Shown here piece by piece: positions 1 to 13,012 of a DNA stretch of 64,000 bases. The position numbers were made by a program, and so were the translations under genes. The DNA comes from Fistulifera solaris. Lineage: Eukaryota. The notes under the pieces are model-generated. The model saw nothing but the letters and a program-made list of their open reading frames with translations. It did no database searches and had not been told where the DNA came from. The DNA is taken from NCBI GenBank assembly GCA_030295235.1, contig AP026172.1, positions 558,001 to 622,000 of the forward strand, written 5' to 3'. Numbering within the stretch: the stretch's first letter is position 1; every line of letters starts with the position of its first letter.

Positions 1-417
1 GCGAAAATGTGACTCTCTAAAGTGATAGTAGAAAATGACTGTCCTAACACGACTCCAAGTCTAATCGATATCCGAACGGAAAGTACCAACGGGGTAGCTC
101 ATGGATTTTATTATGGAAAGTTTCGGCGCACCTTTGGCCCAAAGCCACAATCCACAAAACAACAAAATTCCTGCAAAACACTTGTACTGCTGGTATACTG
201 GCCTTCTCAACTTCGGATCGTTTCTTATTGCTGACAAAGCACCAGTCTTCAACAGAAAGTTCAATTTATGATGCGACTAACTCATGAGCGACTTCATCGA
301 CACCGACAATTGCGTCGAAGGAGGCAGGAATCATCTGCAGAATGCTCCCCTACTGCAGAAGATCCGGGCAACCGCACTCAAGGAACAGCATCACTCAGCA
401 GCTCGAGCAGCGTCAAA

Positions 418-2117
418 ATGGGTGATGATTATTCTCTCGATATCTCGGAGGCATCGAGTATAGAGCATGTTTCGACGAGTAGTGTGTTTGTCTCGCCAGT
501 GGATCAGCCACCGAGCGACGAAGAAGACGAGGAACCACAACCGACGTCTCACTCCTTAGCTACAAAATTATCCTTTGATTCAGATCATTCACGGGCTCCC
601 AGCACTATTAAAGCATACCATCGAAAGCAAGATGACGATGTGGCCAGCGCGCTCGCTGTGCACTCACAAATGAGCTACGCCGAATGGAAGAAACAGCATT
701 TGACTGATCAGCCTTCTTCATCACTGGTGTCGAGTCCGTCGGGATCCGCCATTGCTCGAATACGATCTACTGCTCCGCCGCAACAACGTTTGACAGCCAT
801 TTCCACAGCGATTGAAGATTCACCGTACACTGACACACGATATTTTCGTAATCAACAAAGCGGTTATTCCGACCCAGATCGGTTACCGATCGTGACCCCA
901 CCGCGTTCTGTGGTGTCGCAGACTTCCTCCCCGGTAGAACAGGACAAGTTCTGAATACGAGTTACGGATCGAATGGTAGCAATGATGATGTTGTAGTTCG
1001 TGTCGGAGGCAACGATTTTTGGCATTCCAGAGCCATTCTTTGCTATGCTTCCAAGGTATTGGCTCACCACTTAGCTACAAGAGACGAGTTGCACATTCCT
1101 CACAAGTCGCCTTCCGAATGGAACGAACTGCAGGTATTTTTGCAGCCTCGTTCGGTTCAATCAGCTTCCATAACGTTTCGAAATTTACCCGCACTACTAC
1201 CGTGGTTCGATCAACTCGAACTGACGGTTCTCTTGCGAGAATGTGATATATTATTGAGCAAACTCCGGTTTGCGACAGTGACGACAGACGAATCCTCTTC
1301 CTCACAGAATGGAGTCTCGAATGCGGTGCATGAATTAGCGCGCGTGGCACTGGGTCTGCCCCATGCACCGCCACGCATGGAGCCACCGTGTCCTTTGGAT
1401 GTTTTGGATATTCTACTTTTGACGCGAATCAGTGGAAAAGTCTGTCTTCCTCGAACACGGGTCATGTGTCTGAATGTGCTGCAAGAGTATTTGGAACGTC
1501 CGTTTTTGTTTGTATCGTTCGAGGAATGTGCCATGCGGTCGATCACGTCATTGATTGACTTGCTAGACGATGAAGAAGTGCTGGATACTGTGTGGCCGCT
1601 GATAGTCTCTTACTTGCCCGAGGATCTTCCATGGCTCGACGACCGACACAAGCTATTGAATAATCCGCTTTTCTCGTACCTGCTGCGATCAGGATTGGAG
1701 AAAGCTTGGCGCGACAGCGATGATGAGTTGGGAACCTTGCTCATGGGCAATGGACGGTCGCGTGAAATATCCAAAGTGACATCAAAGTGCGCTTTTGAAG
1801 CCGATTCGAGTGTGGAAGTCAGTTTTGTGAGCGAACACCACGCTGATGATGCAGGCGGCAAGGTTTATCATAGCAGTTATGAAGAAGATGGACTGGATCC
1901 CATAGAATCTCTTGAATATACCTTTGAATCGTGGAAAGAGGAATCGCCAGCGCAAACATCGAACGTGAGATCGTCGAGCGTTTCCACGAATCGGAACCAC
2001 AGATCACTCTGGCTCAATGCCATTTGGCACAAGCTTCAGGACCCACCCATTTTTTCTACTGATATTCCCGTGGAAACGGCATCACGCCTGTCCGAAATAC
2101 GCACCTTTTCTTGTTGA
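418..2117 (+). CDS. BTB/POZ-like domain protein with Ser-rich disordered N-terminus (frameshift near 930)
   Basis: The frame of ORF 1059..2117 is open upstream and reads DDVVVRVGGNDFWHSRAILCYASKVL...EWNELQVFL...LLPWFDQLELTVLLRECD, which is BTB-like. It joins ORF 268..954 if one C is added in the C run near 930. The start could be 268 or 418. Confidence 0.6.
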
Positions 2118-2568
2118 AGCGAACCATTTATCAATCAATTTTGTTTGTTTTTAAATCTGCCGTCGTAACATTATGGTAATACTAATCTGGAGTAGATCAC
2201 ATGGCCTCCCGTGTCCTAGCATTCCACAAGCATTCGAAAAGGCGTTTTTATTGCGTTAGAAATCGCAAGAAATAAGGGGACTGACGAGTCGCTAGTAAAA
2301 GTGTTCTCCCGGGAGAGGGACGTTCGCACGTTTTGCCACGTTTGCAGGACAAAGTTCCGCACCTTTTTTTTCTGCTGTCGCATAACAAAAGTCCGGACGC
2401 CGGGAAACTCGACGGATCGAAGCTCGGACGTCGGCGGAAAAACGGCCGCTCCTTTATCTATTTTTACGTTGACACACAATCAATTTTCCTTTCTACTTGT
2501 GCTGTCTATCTCATTATTTCATCATTATTCTTGACGCTCTTCTGATACGCCTACTAGACAACAAAAAC

Positions 2569-3800
2569 ATGAAATCATCATCTAGAACGTTCTTTTCGAG
2601 CGTTTGGAAATCTTCGACACGCCGCCGAAAATCGTCAGTGGCGGTGTTTGAAACACAATCGATTGAAGAATTTCCTCGATTGCAAGCACTGCGTGAGCAG
2701 CTGCAGCGCGATCAGCCCGTTATCCATCGTACCAAGCAGCGCCTTACTACACTACAACCCACCGATGATACTGTGCAACTTCGTGAATGGATCGATACAT
2801 TGCCCTTGCCTACTACCATCTTGCAAGATTCGTACGGACGGTTTCACAATTATTTACGTCTCTCGCTCGTCGAACGATGCAATTTGCGCTGCACGTACTG
2901 CATGCCACCCGAAGGGGATTCCCTTGTCGGACAACCTATTGACCTCCGAAGAAGTCTTGCGATTGGCGGCGCATTTTTGTGTCACGTGGTGTCAATAAAT
3001 TTCGCCTCACGGGTGGGGAACCCACGTTACGAAAAGATTTGACCGAGATCATTCAAGGACTCCACGCCTTACGACCGAAACAAATCGGCATTACAACGAA
3101 TGGTGTGGTTCTGACACGTAAATTAAACGAATTCATCGACGCAGGTTTGACCAGTATCAACATCTCGCTGGATACGTTGCAGGCCGACAAATTTGAACAA
3201 TTGACCCGTCGACCGTATTTTACCAAAGTGTGGGAATCGATCGTGGCGGCGCATCAAGCAGCATCCGAGCAGGCTCATCTCACGGTCAAAGTGAATTGTG
3301 TCGTGATGCGCGGCGTCAATGATGAGGAAGTACCCAATTTTATCAAATTGACGGAACAATTCCCCCATTTGCAGATGCGGTTCATTGAATACATGCCCTT
3401 TTCCAGCAATGGATGGGATTGGAGCAAATGTGTCCCGTACCAAGAATTATTGACGGACGACTTGACTCCCGTGCCCAGTCCGGATCCCAGTGATACGACC
3501 AAATGGTATCAAACACCAACGGGTGCCACAGTTGGTTTTATTACCAGCATGTCGGAGCATTTTTGTGGTTCCTGCAATCGTATTCGACTCACGGCAGATG
3601 GGCAACTGAAAGTGTGTCTGTTTGATGGTCGGGAAGTCAATTTGAAGAATGTTTTGCGTTTACCCGACGTGACCGAGCAGGATCTCGATAAAGTCATCTA
3701 TCATGCTCTACAACACAAACAAAAGCAACTGGGCGGTCATCCGGATCCAGCCTCCATTAAAGTGGACAACAATCGACCCATGACGTTGATTGGTGGATAA
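2569..3800 (+). CDS. CNX2: GTP 3',8-cyclase, molybdenum cofactor biosynthesis (MoaA/CNX2/MOCS1A); two homopolymer frameshifts near 2915 and 2975
   Basis: [27 protein letters not shown] contains the radical SAM CxxxCxxC motif. Also [31 protein letters not shown] and C-terminal MTLIGG. Confidence 0.95.
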
Positions 3801-3963
3801 TCGATGTTTTGTGTACACCTTGCTACTTTTTTCTTTTGCAATAGGTCAAATCATAAAAGGCCGATACAATTACTATATTCTTTCACTAAACCTTCTTATT
3901 ATTTCAATATCTATATCGGACTGCTTGGGTGAAAATTCATTGTTTCTTTATCTGTTTATTTCT

Positions 3964-4275
3964 TTATTCATCATCATCGGCTGCCGGACTCGCGTACGCA
4001 ATAATGGCATAGGCTACTAAACTCGCAACACCCAGAGCGGCTAGAATGGGGACCGCCAAAATGATCGGAGTCCCCAAAACTCCTCCCAAGACATCGGAGA
4101 GGAATGTCGTAGGATCTACCGTAGAGACGGCAGTCGTCAGAGTCGAGGGCAAAGAAGCTGTCTTGGTGATGGCGATTCTCGACGTTGTTGTGGATGGAAT
4201 GACGACAAAACCCTCGACAAGCTGTTGAAGAAAGAGGACTACCAATAGAATACGTTGCATCGTTGATCGACTCAT
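3964..4275 (-). CDS. Small, probably plastid-targeted membrane protein of unknown function
   Basis: Signal peptide ends VEG|FVV and is followed by a Ser/Thr-rich transit-like stretch, a hydrophobic helix and an acidic tail (ADDDE). Confidence 0.7.
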   Translation of the reverse strand: MSRSTMQRILLVVLFLQQLVEGFVVIPSTTTSRIAITKTASLPSTLTTAVSTVDPTTFLSDVLGGVLGTPIILAVPILAALGVASLVAYAIIAYASPAADDDE

Positions 4276-4803
4276 GATGAATTGCTGTGATTATTCGAGG
4301 TAACGAGTCACTGTTACTTTGTTGCCTGTACTTGTAGACACTGATGAAGCCAAAAGCCATGCAATAAATGGAACGCAAAGGCTCCAAGTTGCACTTTTTC
4401 AGGCTCAACGTCGTCATCGGCTTATTGGTGTCACTTCGGTTACCGATACGATTTTTGTAGTGACGCCATTGCCGCACCCTCCACGTTTGCGTTTCGCCTT
4501 CTGGTTTGGTGCTTCCGGCAAAAGGAAAAAGACACTTTCGTGTGGAAGGTGGACGTGTCGCATCGGAACGTGAATACCACACGTTATTTCTGGGGTAGGA
4601 TCCGTACAGTGTATTGCTGTAGGTGTAGTAGAACAGTCAGTTCCGGAAGTTTTGTCGCTCGATAAACGCTTCCCGCACTTTGACAATAAGAAACGCAACA
4701 CGAAACCATTTCTGCCCTCTTCGATGATTCTCTGGAAAATGAAACGATGCCCACAAATCATGAGAGGCCTCCCAATTCATCTCCAAAGACATTAAACTTT
4801 AAT

Positions 4804-7629
4804 ATGCCTCCTCAAGATAGAACTATTTTGCTCGAAGATAACAACAACATCAGTTCGAAAGAACCGAGTTGTGAAGAATTGTATGGGCCTTACCCGAGTG
4901 TAAGTCGATCGGCACTTGCATTTTCTTTTGCCGGGTTTTCTCCTGTTCGCTCCGAAAACCGTTCTTTCGATTTGCTTTCGGAGGCGAGCATTTAGTCGCT
5001 CGTTTTATATTCAAAATCTGACCTTTCCTTTTCCAAATTCTATCCACTTTATTTTTAGGCCATCCCCATTCCCTTCTTGACATTGCGAAATGAAGGCCGT
5101 GAAGGTGATATTCCGGATACGGAAGTGATCACCAAAGCCAAAACGATGTTTGATATGCCTCCCGATCACCGCGATGTGGGTTCTCCGGACGAATGGGTCC
5201 CTCGAGATGGTCGATTGGTTCGATTGACTGGAAAACATCCTTTCAATGTCGAACCGCCGGTCGCTATTTTGGAACAATACCGTTTCATCACTCCTTCATC
5301 TTTGCATTATGTCCGCAATCATGGTGCCTGTCCAAAGTTGACGTGGGAAGACCACACGGTGGTCATTGGAGGCCCGTTGGTGGCACATCCGCGAGAATTC
5401 GGCATGGACGAGATTACCGCCATGCCGGCCCGCGAACTGCCCGTGACGCTAGTGTGCGCGGGAAATCGCCGGAAGGAGCAAAACATGATTCGACAGACGA
5501 TTGGTTTCAATTGGGGCAATTCGGGAGTTTCTACCAACGTCTGGAAGGGTGTCCTACTACGAGACTTGTTGTTGGAATGTGGTGTGTCGGATCGGAACAT
5601 GGCCGGCAAGCACGTAGAGTTTATCGGTGTGGAAGATCTGCCCAACAAGGTCGGACCCGGTCCTTTTCCGGACGAGCCCTGGGGTAAATTGGTCAAGTAC
5701 GGCACTTCGGTGCCCTTGGCTCGTGCGATGAATCCGGCTTATGATATTATTGTGGCGTACGAAGCGAATGGCGAGCGTCTGCAACCCGATCACGGCTTTC
5801 CGGTGCGTCTCATTATTCCAGGCTACATTGGAGGTCGTATGATTAAGTGGCTCAAAGAGATCAACGTCATTGAACATGAAACCAAGAATCACTATCACTA
5901 CCACGACAATCGCATTCTCCCGCCTCACATCACCGCAGAAGAATCTCTGGCGGGGAACTGGTGGTACAAGCCCGAGTACATTTTCAACGAACTCAACATC
6001 AACTCTTCCATGGCCAAGCCGGGTCACAACGAAACCTTGTCGATCGCGAAGAACATGGGCAAGTCGTATGATATTGTTGGGTACGCTTACACGGGAGGAG
6101 GTCGTGCCATTACCCGTGTGGAAGTGAGTTTAAATGGGGGTGTCAACTGGCATTTGTCATCGTTGGACCGCAAAGAAAAGCCGACCGAGTACGGTATGTA
6201 CTGGTGTTGGGTGTGGTGGACGTTTCAAATTCAAGTGGCTGATTTGGTCGGAGTCAAGGAGATTTGGTGCCGTGCGTGGGATGAATCCAACAACCCACAA
6301 CCCACCGAGCCTACATGGAACTTGATGGGCATGGGGAACAACCAAGTTTTCCGGATCAAAGTACATTTGGATAAGACCGCTAGCGGTGAGCACGTCTTTC
6401 GATTTGAACATCCCACTCAGCCTGGACAACAGACGGGTGGCTGGATGACGACTTTGTCAGGAAAACCCGAGAGCGCTGGTTTTGGGCGTCTTCTCGACCA
6501 CGTGGGTGGCGAAGAAAAGACCAGTGCCCCTGCTCCCCCGCCGAATGATACTGGAAAGAAGTTCACTCTCGCCGAGGTCCAGAAGCACAACACCGAGCAC
6601 GATGCGTGGATTATTGTGAAGGACCGTGTCTATGACTGCACGGAATATTTGGAACTACACCCCGGTGGTATCGACTCGATCATTTTGAATGCCGGCGCCG
6701 ACGCAACGGAAGACTTTGTTGCTATTCATAGTATCAAGGCGACGAAGATGTTGGAGAAGTATTACATTGGTGACTTGGATACTAGCACTGTCCCCGCTGC
6801 CAAACGAATTGAAGAGGAATGTTTATACGACGAGAAAGGAAACAAACTGGCGTTGAACCCGAAGAAGAAGACTCCCTTTCAACTACAGAACAAAATTGTG
6901 CTTTCACGAGATTCGTACATGTTGGACTTTGCCCTCCCCACGCCACAGCATGTATTGGGCCTACCCACAGGCAAGCATCTATTTCTTTCTGCCAAGATCA
7001 ACGGCGAGACTGTAATGCGTCGCTACACGCCCATCAGCTCGAATTACGATGTTGGTTGCGTCAAGTTTGTTATAAAGGCGTACCGTCCTTGCGAGCGTTT
7101 CCCCGAAGGCGGCAAGATGAGCCAGTACCTCGACACTCTGAATATTGGTGATTACTTGGATATTCGAGGACCTGTTGGAGAGTTCGAATACATCTCGAAC
7201 GGTAAATTTTTCATTGAAGGCAAGGAGTGCTTTGCTTCCAAGTTCAACATGGTCGCCGGTGGCACTGGTATTACTCCCGTCATGCAAGTTGCCGCCGAAA
7301 TTTTGCGGCATCCGGAAGATGAGACGCAAATCTCATTGATTTTTGCGTGTCGCGAGGAAGGTGACCTGCTGATGCGCAGCACTTTGGACGAATGGGCGAC
7401 GAACTTCCCAAACAAGTTCCGAGTTCATTACATTTTGAGCGATTCCTGGCCTTCAGACTGGAAATACAGCACTGGTTTTGTCGACAAGGCTCTTTTTGAA
7501 GAATGTTTCTACGAGTCGGGCGAGGATGTATACAATTTGATGTGTGGCCCGCCCATTATGGTGGACAAGGGATGCATCCCCAACTTTGTCAGCCTTGGAC
7601 ATGATCGCTCTCGCTTATTCGCCTTTTAG
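4804..7629 (+). CDS. NR: Assimilatory NAD(P)H nitrate reductase (intron 4900..5058)
   Basis: Moco domain (LVCAGNRRKEQN, PDHGFPVRLIIPGYIGGRMIKWL), dimerisation domain, cytochrome b5 (HPGG) and FAD/NAD domain (RRYTP, AGGTGITP, CGPP). Splicing GTAAGT..TTTAG joins exon 1 (CEELYGPYPS) in frame. An alternative ATG lies at 4747. Confidence 0.98.
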
Positions 7630-7914
7630 ATAATCAATATTTTAGTACATAAATGAGTTTTGGTCTCTTTTGAAAGGCATTGACCTTCTACGATTCGATA
7701 GATGAGCCCTAGCCCAGTGGCACAACACTGGTACTACTCGGGACTCAACGATCAAGGAATGGTGACGTATGTCGAAATGGAGCCAATAATCGTCGCGACG
7801 ATCCACAAAAACAAAAACTCGTCCGTGATAACCTGATACCAGGTACTGGTATTGCTTTCATTACAAAGTGTTTGTAGCTTTCTTTTCTGTTCGGTCAAGT
7901 AGTCGATTTTCACA

Positions 7915-8836
7915 ATGCGGTTCATAACATCCCTGGCCTGCTTGTTGGTTGTTGCTGCACCTTTTCTGCAGGCGTTTGCTCCTCCATCTAGAACCTTTGT
8001 CTCAACTCGATCGGTGGTGGGTGTTACAACTTATTATGGCAGTCAACCTGGTAATGAATTCCGTTCCGTACGAAGCAATCACCGTGTGCTGTTCATGGGA
8101 TGGGGTCCCGAACCGGTGTGGTCGAGTGCTTCCGTCAAAACGAATCAAGCAGCTTGTCAGTCGGGTGCGTGCGTCAAGATCTTGATGGATGTCCCACCCG
8201 AAACGGCCGCTGAGTACAAGAATCCTGGCCAATACGTTCAGGTTCGATTGGATGATGCCACCAAACCTTTGTTCTTAGCCATCGCTTCGCCGCCGGATGC
8301 CGAAAATGCTGTCTTTGAATTTCTCATCAAGAAGACGGAAGGAAACGAATGGATGACCAGCCTTTCGGCCGGGGCGGCCGTGCAAATATCACAGGTTCTC
8401 GGCAACGGTTTTCCCATTGAAGAGAATTTAGAGGGCTTTAAGTACGATTTCCCTACGCAAAATTTGCTTCTTTTTGCTGCTGGGTCGGGTATCGCTCCGA
8501 TCAAAGCGGCAGCCGAGTCCGGGAAGCTCAATATTAGTGAAGCCCGAAAAGCTCGTCTTTACTACGGAGAACGAACCGCTGCTGATTTGTGTTACGTGGA
8601 GCTTTTTTTCGGAGTGGGAGAAGGCTGGTATCCAAGTAGTACCGGTATTGAGTCAACCCGGTGCCGACTGGGAGGGACGCACCGGCTACGTACAAGCGGC
8701 TTTGGCCGAAGATGGGGTGCCCGTTCCACGTAATTCGGGAGCCTTGCTGTGTGGAATGAAAGGAATGTCCGAGGCTGTGAAGGACTTGCTGCAAAAGGCT
8801 GGGGTGTTTGAAGGACGTGTCCTCTTCAACTTTTAA
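7915..8836 (+). CDS. Plastid-targeted ferredoxin reductase-like FAD/NAD(P)-binding oxidoreductase (frameshift in T run near 8605)
   Basis: LQA|FAP presequence; PGQYVQV, AIASPP, FAAGSGIAPI, LYYG, GYVQ, LCGMKGM; C-terminal NF. Confidence 0.85.
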
Positions 8837-9086
8837 GACGTCGATATAGATACATCAACGGTTTAGATGAACTTAGCTTTCGCCCGCTCTGTTATTTCCA
8901 TTTACAAATTCAGATCACACAAGACATATTACTACGGCGTTGTACTATTGGGTTCAACTCTCTATCTGTAGCCTTGCGTTCATGAGTGGTCACAATCTTT
9001 CTGGTTAACAAAAACTAGGGCAGGGCGCTAATTGGTCATCAAAACAAGTGACACAAGTTGCCAAAGAGGACAAAGATGAGCGTATT

Positions 9087-10652
9087 CTAAATGGGTTGAA
9101 AGTCGGGATGTTCGGATGGAAGATGAAAAGGGACTTTTGTCAGAACTCCATCGTTGAACAAACGATCCAGTTCCTTCTGCAAGCGCTGATGATAGGTGTG
9201 AAGAACCAGGTTACCCATAGATTCATTGTCATACAAGTCAAGTACAGCTCGGGGGTCGAAGTTGAGAAGAGGAAGGCACTGATCAGAACTGGAAAGAATC
9301 TGCACAAAGCTTCGTCGCAAAGGCATTTCGACGGCTGTATATGTCGCTGCTTCAGAGGGTTTTAAGTAAGATATGGTTGTGCTTGCCTTCAGCAGATTGC
9401 CTGGGACTCTCGCCACAAGATGTCCTTGGATATTTCCGCCGCAGTCATGGGGATAAAACGCAAACGGCTCGTTGAAAGTGACGACTCCGGGCAGCAGTCC
9501 TTGTTCGGGAACGCATTACTCCTTCTCATTCACAAAGTATCGATATCCGATATCTACTTTGCATGATACTCCTTGGCGATGGAAGTACTGAAATGTGTTG
9601 CTAAATACTCTCGAATGAGACAGAATTGAGGGTGGAAACTGTATCGCCTGATATAGTTCACTATATCCCTCAATTTGAGCTATTCTCATTCCATGCACTG
9701 CATCTGCAAGCTGACAAGGAACATCATTAACAGTTTGTTGCTCAAGGTCCTCTTTCAAAACTACTGACTGATTGCTGGTCGATGAGTTTGCTTCAAAAGG
9801 TTGGATCGCATGTATCTTTCTTTGCGGGGCTAGGGATCTAACCACAGGCTGAAACGACTGGCCACCTACTCGAAATGTTCCCAGTGGTTGTTCAATAAGT
9901 GGAAGGCTCAGATCCGCCCCCGTTATTAAATTTAAGCCAATCATGGACGCGCGGTTTGAAAAGATATCAGAAGAAAGAGCTCTCTGAATAGAGCCGTTAG
10001 ATAAAAGTGTGATCATCTGAAACAATGGGCTCATTCGTACTCACGTCTTCATCCGCGCACCACGAGAGAGAGCGGGAATTAATTGTTGCACCAGGTACCC
10101 TTTTCTTTCTTTTGCATAATATTTCGAAACTCGATGTACTATCGTGCCGCCAAGGAAGTTCGAAAATACCATTCGGATCAAACGAGTCGCTGAAGGACCG
10201 GCACCACAAAGTCGATGGTTTCGGGCGTGGTGGTATTCCCAAAGCTGGGAACTTTTCTTGCCGTTGATCAAACGAGTCCTCACTTACTATAGACTTGATC
10301 AATTGCAAACAAGGGGATGTTGGTGAGGGCGCAATCTCTGTTTGGCATACGAGGCTTGATGTTGACTGGTGTAGTACTTCAATGAGAACCATTTTTCTTC
10401 CTCTCTTTTTCTAGTCATCGATAAACCGGCACCATTCGACGATGCGACATTCCAACCTTGAGATATGAAGTTTCTTTTGTCTCCCCCTTTCGCTTCGGAT
10501 AGAGACGGCAAGCGATTACAAATAGTCTCATTCATGGCGTTCGCAATGCGAGTGACCGATGCCGATGATTCCGTGGAACATTCAACACGTGAGAACTTCA
10601 CATCGTCATTCTCGAAGTATTCCCGACTGCTGCTTCTGCTGCCTTTCTCCAT
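9087..10652 (-). CDS. Hypothetical protein, fragmented; structure uncertain
   Basis: Chain of minus-strand ORFs 10299..10652, 9997..10392, 9516..10034 and 9087..9416. No motif recognised. Confidence 0.35.
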
Positions 10653-11261
10653 GGCGTTACCTGAAGAGACAGGCGGCTAAAGAACAAGAATTTTGTCATT
10701 TACAGAAATGACAAATGATGATGAAAAGACAATATGTCGACGGAATAAATTTAGGAAACATTTTGACGAGAGGAACGCGGGAGCATTTAATTTTTAGCTT
10801 ATCTACAAAATCTGTATCATACCGATTCCATATCGTAGCGGTTTAGTTTGGTTAAATATCATAAGGTCATAACACGAACGGGACACAAGATTAAAAGATA
10901 GGGAGTTTCGGAACACCACAGAATAGAGACCCTCTAGAGACAAGCTTTTGACGAGATACGATGGGGATCGTAATTAAATCCATTCCAAGGTTCCCAAAAG
11001 ACTAAATACCATCGGACTGGTGTCGACCCTGATGAAAAGCAACGAGTGGAGAACTTCTCATGGGTGAAAATATTGATAGATGAAAACTACCAGGTAACGG
11101 TACCAAGTATGATCTAGAGATCAATTTTGCAACGAAGTTCATAAACAGAATATTAAAAAGTATGAATTTTTGTAAAATACCCAAAGACGCTGAGGAGGAA
11201 TAGTATTGAGCTCCTCTTCGTAACGTAGCATCTGAAGGAGTGAACGAAGCGTTAACCGCTT

Positions 11262-12506
11262 TTAGCACACAAATGTATTTTTCTTTCCAGTATTGAGTAC
11301 GGATGAGACGGCCGCAAGAACTTCGGAGGCCATGCGATCATCGTCCTCGAGGTCGTCTTGGTCAGGGTCATGATTTTTTTCTTCGTCGTTGAGTGTTTTC
11401 GCCCCAAAGCGTTGAAGCTTATTGATTAGCTCGTTCTCATGCTGATCGACTGTAGCTTCCAAATCAACAAACGTCTCGTACAGTTTTTGAATTGAGTTCT
11501 GTGTGGCTTGAACGCGGAGCTGTAGTTTGCGTTGCATGTACGAAGAGGTTTCTTCCAATGCCTCCATCATAGCCTGTTGTTGTTTCTTGCCTTGCTTGAT
11601 TACTTCTTGTTGATGTTCAATAAGCTGTTCCAGTTCAGCACGAGTTTGTTGTGCTTCAGTGCGCTCTTCTTCTAGCTTTGACACCCGCCAATTGAGACGA
11701 CTTGCCTCTTTATTCCACGCCATCTTTTCGTTGTTGTGGTCGTCGATTTGTTTTGCTAAAGCAGCATCTGTTGCCCCAGGTTGAGCCAGCTTCCTTTCTA
11801 GTAAATCTACTCGCTGCAATAAGGCAAGCACCTGACTTTGTTTTTTCGCAATATCTGTATCATATCTTGTCTGAAATGCTTGCATACCATCTTGATGCTG
11901 CTTCTCAAGCGCTTCGAGTTGGTTACGGTGCTCTTGCTGAATCATGTTCCATGAAACCTGACTCCGTTTCAAACTGTCTAACACGGTTTCATGTTCCCGC
12001 AAGTCAAGAATCTCCGATTCTTCGAGAATGTCGTACGGTTTTCTGCCCGACTGGTCAGCTACGTCGATTCCTTGCCAGTGAGAGACGAGTAGAAGGTTCA
12101 CCACTTCGGGTGACGCCGAGCATCCTACGGCCAGATGGAGCGGAAGTTCACCGAACTGTGTCTTGCACGATACAGCAGCTGGATACGCCGCAATCAGGGA
12201 TGCAACAACCCAGGTCGGAGCTTGTCTACGACATGCTTCGTGGAGAGGAAGCCTCCTCCAGCTATCCGAGTAAACCCAGGTTGCCGCTTGCAGACGGTTG
12301 TCGTTCTGCAACATATCGACCACATCATGCCACTCTTTACATTCTACGGCAAGAAACAAGGGCGTTGCGCCTTCTTCTACTGACTTCTGGAGGGTGTCCA
12401 TGCTGGTGTCTGGTGTGTTGAATTGCGATGATTTGAATAGAATGCGTCGAATATCTTCATTGGAAGCGTTGACATTTGGGAGACATGGATGAATAAGGCG
12501 TTTCAA
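11262..12506 (-). CDS. Ankyrin-like (LPLH) repeat protein with C-terminal coiled coil
   Basis: ATPLFLAVE, RRLPLHEACR, GELPLHLAV, GRKPYD; long Q/E/K/L-rich heptad region. Confidence 0.85.
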   Translation of the reverse strand: MKRLIHPCLPNVNASNEDIRRILFKSSQFNTPDTSMDTLQKSVEEGATPLFLAVECKEWHDVVDMLQNDNRLQAATWVYSDSWRRLPLHEACRRQAPTWVVASLIAAYPAAVSCKTQFGELPLHLAVGCSASPEVVNLLLVSHWQGIDVADQSGRKPYDILEESEILDLREHETVLDSLKRSQVSWNMIQQEHRNQLEALEKQHQDGMQAFQTRYDTDIAKKQSQVLALLQRVDLLERKLAQPGATDAALAKQIDDHNNEKMAWNKEASRLNWRVSKLEEERTEAQQTRAELEQLIEHQQEVIKQGKKQQQAMMEALEETSSYMQRKLQLRVQATQNSIQKLYETFVDLEATVDQHENELINKLQRFGAKTLNDEEKNHDPDQDDLEDDDRMASEVLAAVSSVLNTGKKNTFVC

Positions 12507-13012
12507 ATTCTAAGTATGCATAAACTAGTCCGTTGCAGTTATCCGTTGGTCAGAGAATCTTTTAGTGACAGCTGGTACCTATCGCTAGCTAGATTCTACT
12601 ATGCCAACCAATGCTTAATTATCACGGTTCATTCAATAAAGTCTCTGGAGATGTTTAAGCCCGAGAACTCCGTTGGATGTTATCAACGGGAATTTCAGAC
12701 TACTTATGGCATGATGGCTTTTTCACGGATTATTACTCCATACCCCGTATCATTTAGATTGATTATTCAAGAAAATCGATCCGGTACTGCTACAATCAGC
12801 AACGATGCAGAAGGATCAAGAATACTGTCGAATGTACTAAGTAACGACGGATACTTAAAGGAAATTTTCGCCTGTCGGCTTATTGAGCGACACCATTAGC
12901 GAACCAGAATCTTTTGCATGAACGATGTCGCGCACTGCCTTGACAAACAACAAACAACACACTATCAAAAGAAATTGCTGCTGCTGCAATTTGTTTGTAA
13001 AAAAAAAGTTGA

